Shown: piece by piece, positions 35,981 to 49,170 of the stretch
Position numbering within the stretch: the first letter of the stretch is position 1
Layout of the letters: every line of letters begins with the position of its first letter
NCBI GenBank assembly: GCA_026770705.1
Contig: JANJGN010000010.1
Span: 67,208,001 to 67,272,000 of the forward strand
Origin: Isurus oxyrinchus
Taxonomy: Eukaryota
Length of the DNA: 64,000 nucleotides
Direction: 5' to 3'
Notes under the pieces: generated by a model
What the model saw: only the letters and a program-made list of their open reading frames with translations
Told to the model about the DNA's origin: nothing
Databases searched by the model: none
Position numbers and translations under genes: made by a program

Positions 35981-36626
35981 TAGAGCTTCTTGGTGCCACA
36001 CTCAGTCAAATGCTGCCTTGCTGTCAAGGCCAGTCCCTCTCACCTCACCTCTAGAATTCAGCTCCTTTGTCCATGTTTGGATCAAGACTGTAATGAGGTA
36101 TGGAACTGATTATTCCTGGCAGAACTCAAACTGAGCATCAATGAGCAAATTATTGCTATGTAAGTGGTGCTTGATAGCACTATCAACAACACCTTCGATC
36201 ACTTTGCTGTTGAGCGAGAGTAAGCTATCATGGCATTAATTGGCTGGATAGATTTGTTCTGGTTTTTTTGGACAGGATGTAGTTTGGCAATTTTCCACAT
36301 TGGCAGGTAGATGTCGGTGGTGTAACTATACTGGTAAAGCTTGGTTAGGGGTGCAGCCAGCTCTGGGGCACAAGGCTTCATTACCACAGCTGGAATGTTG
36401 CCAGGGTTTTGCTGTATCAAGTGCCTTCAGCCATTTCTTGATGTCATGTACAGTGAATCAAATTGGCTGAAGACTAATGCTAGGGACCTCGCGAGGAGCC
36501 TGAGATGGATCATCCACTGACAATGTTGGCTGAAGATGGTTGCAAATGGTTCAGCCTTGTCTTTTGCACTGATGTGCTGGGCTCCCCTTTCATAGCAGGT
36601 TCACCAGGTTAGTATCCCATTTTTAG

Positions 36627-36856
36627 ATAAAAGCAAAATACTGCGGATGCCGGAAATCTGAAATAAGAACAGAAAATGCTGGAAAAACTCAGCAGATTTG
36701 CCAGCATCTGTGGAGAGAGAAACAGAGTTAACCTTTCAAGTCCGTATGAAATATATGGCTCTAAAGAAGAGCCATACAGACTCAAAACATTAACTCTTGT
36801 TTTCCTCTCCACAAATGCAGTCAGACCTGTTGAGTTTTTCCAGCATTTTCTGTCAT
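36627..36856. mobile_element. Miniature inverted PLE insertion: two 3' ends pointing outward
   Basis: Minus-strand end with tail (36627-36749) plus plus-strand end with a degenerate hammerhead (36757-36853). Degenerate 14-bp TSD tatcccatttttag (36613-36626) / tacctcatttttag (36857-36870). Confidence 0.75.
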
Positions 36857-37417
36857 TACCTCATTTTTAGGTTTGCCTAATGCTACTCCTGGAATGTTCT
36901 CCTGCACTATGCATTGAACCAGGTTTGATCACCTGCCTTGATGGTAATGGCAGAATGTGGGATATGCCAGTCCATGAGGTTACAGATTGTGGTTGCCTTG
37001 CCAATGAGTACATCAATCCATGGAAGCCTAATTTTGAGCTGCCAAGTCCTAATTCATTCCATTTAACACGGTTGTAATGCCACACAACATGATGAACAGT
37101 ATCCTCAGTGTGAAGATGGGACATTTATCTCCACAAGTACTGTGCAGTGGTCACGCCTACCAACACTATCATGGACAGATGCATCTGCGAAAGATAGATT
37201 GGTGAGGGTGAGGTCAAGTAGGTTTTTCCTTCTTATTGGTACCCTCACTGCTTGTTGCAGTGCCAATCTGGCAGATGATGTTCTTCAGGACTCAGCCAAC
37301 TCAGTCAGTAGTGGTGCTTCTGAGCCGCTCTTGGTAATGAGCATTGAAGTCCCCCACCCAGAGTACATTTCTGTGCTCCTGCTACCCTCAGTGCTTTTTC
37401 TCAGTGGTGTTCAACAT

Positions 37418-38359
37418 TGTTATGATGTGGCAGATGATGTGTGCCAAACGGACCAAATCCACGAGGGAAACTTGGTTGCGTTATCACAATGGTTTTGCAA
37501 TCTGTATTCCTTACGAGATGTGTGCACTAAATTCAAAAGTAATGAGTCCACCAAGATCTTTAGTAATTTTAAAAATTTAAATTAAATTATTTATTAACAA
37601 AATAAACATTGTCAAGCACATACATAAGATTACAATTACTACTATAATAACTCCGAAACTTCTTAATTAACCTGACTCCCAGTTACAATCCCTTAAGGCA
37701 ACGGTCCACAATAGATTTTAGATTTAAAACAAACTCAGCAAGTTAACACAATACCCTGGACAGTCGAATTCCAAATGTCTTTTCTCCAGCTTCCATTTCG
37801 TTAGAAAGCAGACTTATGCACAAATGCTGGAAGCTTTATTCAGGCTATTTCATGCACTCCTGTTCGACCTTACATGGCGTTCTGACATATAAAGGAGAAT
37901 TAAAAATTATATGTTTCTCTCTTTTATTAATATGTAAATTCTATTGTTCCATATGTCTTTGAAACTGTATCTACCTCATAATATAAAAACTCTCATGTTG
38001 CCAATATATATTGTCAGTAACAGTTGGGAAGAATAAACATTCCTTAGCTTTGCTTATCTGGCTTGTTGTAGACAGACTAAGATCCCTTTGAAATCCAAAT
38101 ATCCCTTCATGTATCTAAAAATGCAAATTCCCTTCACACCTTATATACTAAGCCAGCATCTTTGTTCACTTATTAGCATGTCAAGCACCTAGCTTCTTTT
38201 GATGATTTGAAGCCTGCAGTCTGCTTGACTACAAACGGTTTGTGATTCAATTGCAGAATGTAATTAAATCACACACAGATCCAACCTTACTTACCCCCAT
38301 AAACCTACTTCACAATAAACCAGAAAAATATTATGAAAAGGTATATTAGTTTCATGACA
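37418..38359. mobile_element. Solo LTR, 942 bp
   Basis: TGTTATGA...TCATGACA termini and an exact 4-bp TSD ACAT; it interrupts the CR1. Confidence 0.85.
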
Positions 38360-38704
38360 ACATGGAGGAATACTGAGGGAATCAGCTGTGGGAAGATGGT
38401 AGATGGTAATCAGCAGGAGGTTTCCTTGCCCACCTTTGACCTGAAGCCATGTGTTGGCAGAGTTCTCAGGAGTATGTCAATATTTGCAGAGGCTTTTCAA
38501 GAATGTGCTGGCATTTTCATTGTGGCCATTCTCAGTAAATATTTTCAAAACATGCCCTCAAGTGCATCAATAGTTTTAAGGAGTTCACAAAACTATCAGT
38601 GCTGCAAGGGATCCTCTAGGATGTGTCAATATACACAGCATGTCCTGAGATTGTACCAATGTTTGCTGTGGTGCAGTGACTGGAGGTGGAATCTTGGGAT
38701 TGTT

Positions 38705-39447
38705 CATAAGAACATAAAAAATAGGAGCTGGAGTAGGCCATTTAGCTGTTCAAGCCTGCTCTCCCATTAAACAGGATCTACCACAACTCCACCTTCTATT
38801 GTAACTCCATCTTCCCGCACTATCCCCATATCCCTTAATGATCTTCATACCAAAAAAAAGCTAATTAACCCATACCTTGAGCATTCACAGCTCTCTGGGG
38901 CAGAGATTAGCAATACTTTGAGTGAAATTTTTCCTCACCTCAATCTTAAACAGCCGATCCATTATTCTGAGACTGTGACCCCCATGTTCTAGTATCCCCA
39001 GTCAGAGGAAGCATTTTCTTAGCATATACCCTGTCAAGTATCTTAAGAGTTTTATGTTTTAATTAGATCACCTCCCATTCTTCCAAACTTCAGGGAAACA
39101 AAGCTCAGTCTGCTCAATTTCTCCTCATAGGACAATTCCCTCACCCTAGGAACCAGTCTAGTGAATGTTTGTTTGGCAAGTATGCCCTTTATTAAGTAAG
39201 AAGAGCAAATCTGCACACTCTAGGTATCCTAGGTGTGACCTCGCCAATGCCTTGTATAAATGTAAGTCTTCTTTAATCTTAAATTCACATTCTTTTTGAC
39301 CGATCCTTCCTAATTGTTTTCTGTACTTGCATTTGAGTTTTTGTCATTCATATACAAGGGCACCCAGGTCCCTCTAAATTCGAAATTTTCCCAGTGTCTC
39401 ACCATTCAAAAAAATTATGTTTTTTTATTTTCCTTAGCAAAGTGGAT
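38705..39447 (-). mobile_element. CR1 LINE 3' end (target of the Harbinger insertion)
   Basis: cataagaacata tail and ataggagctggagtaggccatt 3' UTR. Resumes briefly after 47176. Confidence 0.7.
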
Positions 39448-39669
39448 GGGCTGAATTTTGCGTTTGTTGGGTGGGTGGGCGGGCCCAACCAAATCAGTGG
39501 GGGGTGGGGAGCCAATCCCCGCCACCGAAATGGGCCGCACTGCCATTTTGCACGGCGGGCCGATTAAGGCGTATTTCAGACTCCCGTGTTCAGCGGGAAA
39601 ATTAAATTGGCGGCGGGTGTGTTCAGACCGAGAGTTCCAATGGGCAACCGGCAGTTTAGGCTGCTGACC

Positions 39670-42600
39670 ATGGCCAGAAACTGGGCACCACGAGGTGAGG
39701 GCAGAGGAGGAGGAGGGAGGCAGGCTGCAAGGTAGGCCAGTGGGGGGCCACTTTGCCCCTCAGTTCTCTGATGCCTGCCTTACTGTCCTCCTGGAAGAGG
39801 TGTCCAACCATCTTGTTTCCAGAGGATGGGAGGAGAAGGGCCCCCACGTGACCAGGCAGGTGTAGCAGGAGGTGGCGGAGGCTCTCAAGATGGTGTGTGG
39901 CGCACAGGAGCACAGTGCCGCAGGCGCTTTGATTAATTGTTGCGCTCTGGAAGGGTGAGTACCATATCATCCTTGGCCATTTTACCCAGCAGGTAGCCTT
40001 AGCCTTTGAGGCCGCCGCCCCCCCCCCCCCCACCCCCCCTCCAACATCCTAGTGCCGTTACTGCATTGGGCATTTGGTTCACACTGGGTGGGCAAACAGA
40101 TAGTGACCATCCTTACATCAGCCTTAGTGGTTGAGGAGAAGATGGGTTCTCCCCCCAGCATATGTTGGTGTTTGTTGCATTTGAGTATTCTGGGGGCAAC
40201 CTGCAGGGGAGGCAGCTAGACACATACTCAGAACTCCAACACCTGTCTTATTGATGGTGATGAGGTGGTGGAAGGGGAGCCTTAAGGTGTCGTGGCCAAG
40301 AACCATCTGCTGGCCTCGGCGCCGCACCTAGTTGTGCCTCCTTGTCATGGATGCTAAGACCCGTGTGTTATTCAAATTGATGGATGCCGATTGTGTCCAA
40401 GGTGGCCATTGGGGAAGGGGGTTGGGAGCAGCCATACTATCTTCTGGGAACTGATCACCAGTAGTGTGGACAAGAGCCGCTGGAGGCCTCAGATGGGCCA
40501 CTGTGGTTGGGGTGCGGTGTGCGCGTGCAAAGTACATGAGCGATCAGCCCCAATAAATGCTCTTCTCTGTTCTGCAGGCACAAACTGAGAGCAATATCTG
40601 GGAGCGTCAGTGGACTGATGGTGGGCATGCCGTGCTGCAGCACCTCACCACTTATGAGGAGCAGGCCATGGAGCTGGAGAGGAGGCAGGCGGACAGGTTG
40701 GCAGGTGTCGGCGAGGCTGGGGTGCAGCGGCCAGGTATTTGAGGGCTACAGTCCCATCCACTCTGTCACCCCACCATCCAAAGCACTGATGATTGCTGCA
40801 ATCATTAATGCAGCAACACTGCTCGTTCACGGACTGATACAGTCAGACATGTGGGTCATACACAAAGATCCCTTGGCTCCTTGAGGATGCGCGCCTCTAG
40901 CACCTTCCAAAGTTGCCTTATCCCATTTGTGACCACTATCCCCATAGCCTAACATGCCATGGCATCACTGCTGCACATCCAAAGACTTATTGCATCTTAG
41001 GAGGGTTTGTACCTCCACCACCCTTTCAGCCAGTGTGTCCCACATTACTCTGTCCAAAAGGTTCTCAGCACCTCACCTGTCAACCTCATGGCACTCAACT
41101 TAAATAAATGCCATCACGTTAGTCATCCCTGCGCCAAGGGGAAATGTTGCCTTCTATCCACCCGTTCTATGCTCCTCATAACGGTATGAAGGTCAATAAT
41201 GTGACCTGTCAATCTCCTGTGCTCCACAGCAAATGTTGCAAGTGTATGCAATGTTTCCTCATAGCTCCAACTCTCCAGGTTGGCATGCATCCAGGTCAGG
41301 AACCTCTGCACTCTCCCCACTCAAATGCCATCCCTCCCATGAAGCGCAGGTCACAAGTGAATGCAAAAGTGTAGATGTGGCCTCGACAGCGGTTGACATG
41401 ACCTCCCTTTTCCTACATTCTATTCCTCGGCAAGTCTGGCTTCGACCTTGTTAAACACCTTATGTTCCTGTTCTGCTACCTTAACTGGTCTGCCTAGCAA
41501 GGTCCCTGTAATTGTTGTGACTTCCCACGGTCCTACCATTACTCACATATTCCTGTACCTTGCTTGTCTTGCCCAAGTGCTTAACCGCACACTTATCCAC
41601 ATAACATTCCATGTGGCATTCCTTAGGCCATCTGACCAGCCTGTCTGTATGCGCGTGTAATGTTTGGGCCTCCTCTTGACAATTTATCACCCCACTAATG
41701 TTCATCTCCTTAGGTTCTGGTGAGCGACTTATGAGGCTGGGTGGGAAAGGGATGAAAGGTGTTACTGACTGAATGCTAACTGATGCACTGTCCATGTTGT
41801 TAATTTCAGCATCACCACCCCATGGCCGCCACCAACAAGTCCAGAGCCCCCCTCTCCATACCTGAGGGCCAACCCTTGCAACTTGCGTCACATCCTTTCA
41901 GCGAGCCAGGCACCAGCGCAGCGACAAACACTTCAGTGGGGATTATGATGTCGACTAGTGTCCTGGGGCACAGTGGAGAGGGCACTTCACAATCGCTGGA
42001 GGAGATGGCATGGACAGAGACTTCCGATGGCGCCAGCAGCCAGAGGACTGCAGGGGACCAGGCACGTGCTGAATCCAGCAGTGATGATGTGCCTCTGGAG
42101 ATGTCAGCCATGCAGCAGCTGCAGGACAAGCGGCAGGGTCCTCGGGAGCATCTGACAGGGTTGCATGAAGGTGTACTTCACTTGGTCTCTGTGGTGGAGG
42201 AGTCCAGGCAGAGTGTCAGTGATGGCATGAACTTCAGTACAGAGTTTCAGGCTTCCTCCATTGAGAGATTGGCGACTCTCATGGAGCAGGGCTTCCAGCA
42301 GATTGAGAATGTTCTGACTGGGTTACTCTCTGACCTGCAAGCCCTCACAGTGGTACTGGCTACAGGTGGTCATTCGCAATGTGGGAGATGTTCTGGGCAA
42401 CAAGTGTCGCCGCTCGGTGCCCATCCATCTGCGATGAGCAGGGATGTCCAATATGACTTCACTATGACTTCACGTTGGCGCAGCAGGTGCCAGTTGTCAC
42501 TGCAAGCTCCTGTCAGGGCGCTCCGGATGAGGGCAGCAGCTGCTCAACCCCTCTGTCAGTACCGTTGCATCAGTGGAGGCTGCGATAACTGGAGAGGTGC

Positions 42601-42782
42601 CAGTTCTGCAACTGGCCACTCCCTCCGAGGTGGGGCCAGCACAGGCTCCACGGGCCAGAGAACGGCCGCCAAGATCATCGAAGCCAACAGGATAGCAGAG
42701 TCAGGCTGTCTTACAAGCCACTCCGAGCGATGGGGCGGCACCTAGACGCAGCACCCGCAAATGTAAGCATAGGGCACATTAG
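39670..42782 (+). pseudogene. Harbinger Myb/SANT-like gene (exons ~39670-39954, 40578-40734, 41810-42782), with a CR1 fragment in intron 2
   Basis: APQFSDACLTVLLEEV...LFPEDG start, ERQWTDGG...LTTYEEQAMEL exon, GT-AG boundaries. Contains stops and frameshifts. Confidence 0.7.
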
Positions 42783-43088
42783 GCACTCCACGAGTTTGAC
42801 ACTGGTGATTTTGTGCTGGCCCTAGATTAGGGAATATATCATGTACATCAGAGCAACATTTGTGCTTTATTTTGGTGGCAATAAAGCCCACTTTTCTGAC
42901 TATGGCTGAGGGTGTTTCCTTTGTGCTGCATTTGTATGTATAACAGACTTATCGTGATTGTTTGAGTGGACATTGATGTTTCTGTATTCAGCCCTTAGTT
43001 GCAGCTGATGAGGTTGAAGATGTCGCACCTAAGTGCCACGTGTGGAAGCGCCAGGCAATGCTGGTCCTGCTGATCCATGTGTTTGGAG

Positions 43089-46000
43089 CTAGCTGAAGGT
43101 TCATTGGATTAAAGTGTCCTGGATGTCCCTGCCTCCTTGGTGTAGTAGCGGGTCGGCGTGCTGTCCCTCATCATTGCCCTGTGCTTCCTCATCCTCTGAG
43201 CCACTGCTGGATTCATCATGTGCAGCCTCACCTATTGATTCAAGGCCTTCATCGTCAACTGCGTCCCCCCTTCCCAGCGCAAGATTGTGCAGAGCACAGC
43301 CTGCTACCACTGTCACAGAGACGCGATCTGGGCGCTACTGGAGTGTACCCCCTGAACATTCCAGGCAACGGAAGCGCATCTTGAGAAGACCAATGGTTCT
43401 CTCCACCACAGCCCTTCTGGTGCCATGGCTCCTATTGTAGTGCTCCTCAGCTTCTGTTCTTAGATGGCAGAGAGGCGTCATGAATCATCTTCTGAGGGGA
43501 TAGCCCTTATCACCCACCAGCCAACCATCCAGTCGAGCCGGAGCACTGAAGAGCCCCGGCATCTGGAAGTGTCTGAGGATATAGGCATCGTGGGAGCTGC
43601 CTGGGTACCTTGCACAAACTTGCAGAATCTGCATTCTGTGATCACACACTATCTGCACGTTCATGGAGTGGAATCCCTTCCATTGATGAAGGCACCGGGC
43701 ACACCTGCTGGTGCCTTGATGGCCACATGTGTGCAGTCTATTGCACCCTGGACACGGGGGAAGCCAACAATGGCCAATAAGCCTCTGGTTAGCTATGCCT
43801 GACTTGCCTGGTCACAGCGGAAGTGGATGAAGGTCAATGCACATCTGAACAGAGCGTCTGTAACCTGCTTGACACAAGTGTGGACAGTTGATTGGGAGAC
43901 ACCGCAAAGATCACCCACCGAGCCCTGGAAGGAGCCAGAGGCATAGAAGTGGAAGGCAACTGTGACTTTCAGAGCCACTGGCATGGGGTATCCACCCACA
44001 CAGTTGGGGGATATCTCCCAGCCAATTATCTGACAGATATAAAAGCAAAAAATTGCGGATGCTGGAAATCCAAAACAAAAACAAAAATACCTGGAAAAAC
44101 TCAGCAGGTCTGGCAGCATCTGCGGAGAGGAACACAGTTAACATTTCGAGTCCAAATGACCCTTCAACAGAACTAAGTAAAAATACAAGAGAGGTGAAAT
44201 ATAAGCTGGTTTAAGGTGGGGGGGGACAAGTAGAGCTGGACAGAGGGCCAGTGATAGGTGGAGATAACCAAAAGATGTCATAGACAAAAGGACAAAGAGG
44301 TGTTGAAGGTGGTGATATTATCTAAGGAATGTGCTGATTAAGGGTAGAAAGCAGGACAAGCAAGGTACATATAGCATGGTGGGGGTGGGGTGGGGTGAAG
44401 GAATCAAAAAAGGCTAAAAGATAGAGATAAAACAATGGATGGAAATACATTTAAAATAATGGAAATAGGTGGGAAAAGAAAAATCTTTATAAATTAATGG
44501 AAAAAAGGGGGTATCGGTGTGGGGATGGGGGAGACAGTTTATGATCTAAAATTGTTGAACTCAGTATTAGTGCGGAAGGCTGTAAAGTGACTAGTCGGAA
44601 GATGAGATGCTGTTCCTCCAGTTTGCGTTGAGCTTCACTGGAACAATGTAGCAAGCCAAGGACAGACATGTGGGCATGAGAGCAGGGTGGAGTGTTGAAA
44701 TGGCAAGCGACGGGGAGGTCTGGGTAATGCTTGCGGACAGACCAAAGGTGTTCTGCAAAGTGGTCACCCAGTCTGCATTTGGTCTCTCCAATGTAGAGGA
44801 AACCACATTGGGAGCAACGAATGCAGTAGACTAAATTGAGGGAAGTGCAAGTGAAATGCTGCTTCACTTGAAAGAAGTGTTTGGGCCCTTGGACGGTGAG
44901 GAGAGGGGAAGTAAAGGGGCAGGTGTTGCACCTTCTGCAGTTGCATGGGAAGGTGCTGTTGGAGGGAGTTGCAGTGTCGGGAGTGATGGAGGAGTGGACC
45001 AGGGTGTCCCGGAGGGAACGATCCCTGCAGAATGCCGCCAGGGGGGTGAAGGGAAGATGTGTTTGGTGGTGGCTTCATGCTGGAGTTGGCAGAGCTGGCG
45101 GAGGATGATCCTTTGAATGCAGAGGCTGGTGGGGTGATAAGTGAGGACAAGGGGTCTCTATCGTGTTTCTGGGAGGGAGAGGAAAGTGTGAGGGCGGATG
45201 CGCGGAAGATGGGCCGGACACAGCTGAGGACCCTGTCAACCACCGTGGGTGGAAAACCTCGGTTAAGGAAGAAGGAAGACATGTCAGAGGAACTGTTTTT
45301 GAAAGTGGCATCATCAGAACAGATGCGACGGAGGCGAAGGAACTGAGAGAATGGGATGGAGTCCATACAGGAAGCGGGGTGTGAGGAGCTGTAGTCAAGG
45401 TAGCTGTGGGAGTTGGTAGGCTTGTAATGGATATTGCTGGACACCAGAAATTCAGACAGAGAGGTCAAGGAAGGGAAGGGAAGTGTCAGAGATAGACCCT
45501 GTGAAAATGATGGAGGGGTGGTAATTGGAAGCGAAATTAATAAATTTTCCCAGAGTGTATGAAGCAGCACCGAAGCAATCATCGATGTACCAGAGAAAGA
45601 GTTGTGGGAGGGGGCCAAAGTAGGACTGGAACAAGGAATGTTCCACTTACTCCATAAAGAGATAGGCATGGCTGGGGCCCATGCGGGTACCCATAGCCAC
45701 ATCTTTTATTTGGAGGAAATAAGAGGAGTTTAAGGAGAAATTGTTCAGTGTGAGAACAAGTTCAGCCAGACGGAGGAGAGTAGTGGTGGATGGGAATTGT
45801 TCAGGCCTCTGTTCGAGGAGAAAGTGGAGAGCCCTCAGACCATCCTGGTGGTGGATGGAGGTGTAGAGGGATTGGACGTCCATGGTGAAGAGGAGGCGGT
45901 TGGGGCCAGGGAACTGGAAATTGTTGATATGATGTAGGGTGTCAGAGGAATCACGGATGTAGGTGGGAAGGGACTGGACAAGGGGAGAGGGAATGGAGTC

Positions 46001-46749
46001 AAGATAGCAAGAAATGAGTTCCATGGGGCAGGAACAGGCTGACATGATCGGTCGGTCTGCCGGGACAGTCCTGTTTGTGGATTTTGGGTAGGAGGTAGAA
46101 GCGGGCCATCCGAGATTGGGAGACTATCAGATTGGAAGCTGTGGAAGGAAGATCTCCAGCCCTACTAGGGCTATCTGTACCTTGCTTGTCTTGCTTTCTA
46201 CCCTTAATTAGCACATTCCTTAGATAATATCACCACCTTCAACACCTCTTTGTCTTTTTGTCTGTGACATCTTTTGGTTATCTCCACGTACCACTGGCCC
46301 TCTATCCAGCTCTACTTGTCCCACCCCCCTTAAACAAGCTTATATTTCACCTCTCTTATATTTTTTACTTAGTTCTGTTGAAGGGTCATTTGGACTCGAA
46401 ATGTTAACTGTGTTCCTCTCCGCAGATGCTGCCAGACCTGCTGAGTTTTTCCAGGTATTTTTGTTTTTGATCTGACAGATATAGTTGACTGTCCCCCTTG
46501 ACAGTCAGAACCTCCTTCAGCACTACACCTCAGTCATATTGAGGTAGCTGCTTCGCCACCTGTATACCCTGGCAGCAGGATAGTGGCGTCTTCTTTGACA
46601 ACCTCTTGGCCCTGCACCCCTTGTGCCTGCGCCTGGCCTCCCAAAGGTGTCTCCCCTGGAGGCTGATAGTCCACTCCTGGTGTCCTCCTTATTCTATCCC
46701 TCCCTTCCTGCTCAGAGGAGCTGCCTCCAGTGGAGATGTCAGAACCCAT
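43089..46749 (-). pseudogene. Harbinger (HARBI1-like) DDE transposase split by a PLE insertion
   Basis: LKVTVAFHFYASGSFQ, IDCTHVAI, GFHSMNVQ, YPGSSHDAYIL, LVGDKGYPL, CALHNLAL motifs. The reading continues across the TSD (YICQI). Confidence 0.9.
44042..46469. mobile_element. PLE insertion: 5'-truncated minus-strand copy (44042-~46159) plus inverted 3' arm (~46160-46469), 14-bp TSD
   Basis: TSD atctgacagatata at 44028-44041 and 46470-46483. RT and GIY-YIG remnants in ORFs 44487-46214. Confidence 0.93.
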
Positions 46750-47333
46750 ACCCAGGCTAAACGGAGGCCTCTGGAAAGCTGCAGGCCCGATAAAGATTAC
46801 TGTCTGCAGACTGCTGAGCTGAAGCTTCAAAGTACAGCGAAATCTATTGGAAATCAATCTGAACTGCTAACAATCGCACAGGCAAATTTAAAACACTTTC
46901 TGCATTAAATACTTCAGAAAAAAACATGAACAACCCCTCTGAGCCCACATATCCCCCCCGTGGATGAGGTTTGTTAAAAAATCAGTTACCTGCCTGCCCA
47001 TTGCGCCCATGCATCAAGGCAAAGATCGCACGGACTCCTTAAAATCGGCTTCAATTTCCGAGTTAAGGGCCTTAACAAGGCCTTTAATTAATGGTGGGCA
47101 CGCGTTGTGCTTCATAGCGCACGCACCCACCTAAATATCGCGATGCCGCGTGCACGTCAGCCATAAAATTCTGCCCGATATCTTCAATATCATGTGTCAA
47201 TTTCTGCAGGCGTTCCCTGGAGTGTGTTTCTCCAAGCAGAAAAAAATTAACTTGTTAATAACAAAGCCCCTTTATTGCAGTACTCTTCTCAAACAGAGTT
47301 CATTGATTTGAATGCATTGAGCAAAAGAATGTA

Positions 47334-47995
47334 GGCCACTATTTTGCCCTCGTTGCGCGGGCTTGGCGGGGTGGGTGGGAGCGGTTGGGAAGCCGATCGC
47401 AGCCCGTAATCGGGCTGCAATCACGATTTCACGCTAGCGGGCCATTTAAGGCCCGCTCAGCATGAAACACATGCTGCAGTGCTCAGCACTGACTGTGTTG
47501 GTGAGGGGAGGAGGGCAAGCGGGGAACTTCACTCATGCGCGCAGCAAAAGCTCACTGTGGCATAGAGCTGCCTCAGGCGGATGAAGATATAAATGACCAA
47601 AAATAAAGAATGTAAAAATGTTAAAAAACATGTCCCCTCATGTGACTCTGTCATGTTCAATTGTCACATGAACAGGGACATGTTATTAATGAAAATTAAA
47701 ATTTTTATTTTATTTTTAATTGCTGTTGAAAACCTCATCCTGCATGTAGATGAGGTTTCCTAAAAAGTGTAAATGCCGCTTGTTCTTTTCACCTGCCCGC
47801 CAACTGTAAGGTTGGATAGGCAGTGAAAAATTACATTTAATTGGGACTTTAGTGGCCATAATATGCCTATTAATTATTGGCGGGCCTGCTGAGCGTGCGC
47901 AATGGTATTGGGAAGCTCGCCTGATGTCACCACGCATCATTTTACACTGGTTCGGGTGGGGTGCACACCCGCCCAACAAGCTAAAATTTCTGGCT
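47334..47995. mobile_element. Harbinger-type MITE
   Basis: Homologous along its length to 30-690; degenerate TIRs. Confidence 0.75.
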
Positions 47996-48720
47996 ATAGA
48001 GAAGATTGAAATAAGAAAAAATAATTTGGATAGCTCTGAGGAAGAAAGGAATACAGTAGAAAAAGACATTAGAAAACTTGTAGACTGGGCATTTAAATGG
48101 AAAATGAACATTAATATAAATAAGTATGAGGTGGTGCACTTTCTAGGAAAAGCAGAAACTGCACCAATACCTTAGAAAATAAGAAACTGAATGTAGTCAG
48201 AAGGCAAAGGGATCCAGAGTACAGTTGGAAAAAATTAATTAAATCAGTATCACAGGTTAGCAAAATTATTAAAAATGCTAACAAACTACTGGATTTTATT
48301 TCTAAGAATATAGAACCTAAAGGTAGTGGAGCTATGTTAAACTTATATATCTGACCCTCGTCAGGTCATACTAGTGTAGGCTTCTGATCTTCGTACTATA
48401 TAAAGGACATAGATGCACTGGGAAAAATACAAAAAGATTTACAAGGGTGGTACCAGGACTGAGAGAATACAGCTATTAGGAAAAATTGAACAGGTTGGAA
48501 CTTTTGCTTTAGAGTAAAGCAGACTTTGAGGTGACCTGATTGAGATCTTTAAAATTATGAATGGGTTGAACAGGGTAGATTTGGAGAGATATGTGGACAA
48601 TCCCAAATTAGTGGCAATCAACACAAGTTAGTTAATTCCAGAATAAGGAGAAATTTCTTTACTCAGAATGCTTAGAACGTGAGCTCATTACCACAGGAAG
48701 TTTAGTGTTGTAGAAGGATT
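47996..48720 (+). mobile_element. Old CR1 RT fragment
   Basis: LVDWAFKWKMNININKYEVVHF motif. Confidence 0.6.
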
Positions 48721-48769
48721 TGTAAACTAAACAAAGCCTGACAGGGACTGCCACATGAACAATTTTTCT

Positions 48770-49170
48770 GAGCCCCCCCACCCCCATGTCCCCAAGTTAC
48801 ATCAAGAGTGGAATGGACAAAACACATCAATGACCCTCTCTTTCAGAAAGCCATCAACAAAGAAGTTGTAGTTGAGGGGCAGCTTCCTACGCACTGTCCA
48901 GCCCTAGGCTGTAACCCCCACAGCTGTTCCCTTGCTCATTGGTTAACACATCAACAGACAAAGGTTCACGAGTTGTCTAATGACCCAAAGGAATTGCTTC
49001 TGCCAGGACCCAATAAAATATGGCCGACTTGGCTTTGTCTCAATTGCCTCAGGACTGGTGTTGGTTACTGCAAAGCCCTTTCACAGAAGTGTGGATTCAG
49101 CCAAGCATGTTGTTTACTGTGACTGGATAGACATCCCAAACAATGAAAGGTATATAAGAATGCCTTCTGC
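48770..49170 (+). mobile_element. Non-LTR retrotransposon C-terminal fragment (Vingi/ingi-like)
   Basis: WLCLNCLRTGVGYCKA...KCGF resembles the W..LNRLRTG.G.C....KWG C-terminal motif. Confidence 0.4.

Larger units (their letters stand above)
34245..38445 (-). mobile_element. Long decayed CR1 LINE acting as host for nested insertions
   Basis: Minus-strand IPAVVMKPCAPELAAPL...WKIAKLHPVQK and AESPTINIL remnants, with a 3' tail at ~34245-34320. Confidence 0.75.
39448..47176. mobile_element. Full-length PIF/Harbinger DNA transposon, inactivated
   Basis: TIRs gggctgaatttt / aaaattctgccc, 3-bp TSD GAT, convergent Myb/SANT-like and transposase genes. Confidence 0.9.

Noticed and set aside
41822-42745. 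307-aa ORF as a novel or domesticated host gene
   Set aside because: It lies inside Harbinger TIRs as the last exon of the Myb-like gene, whose first exon has stops and frameshifts.
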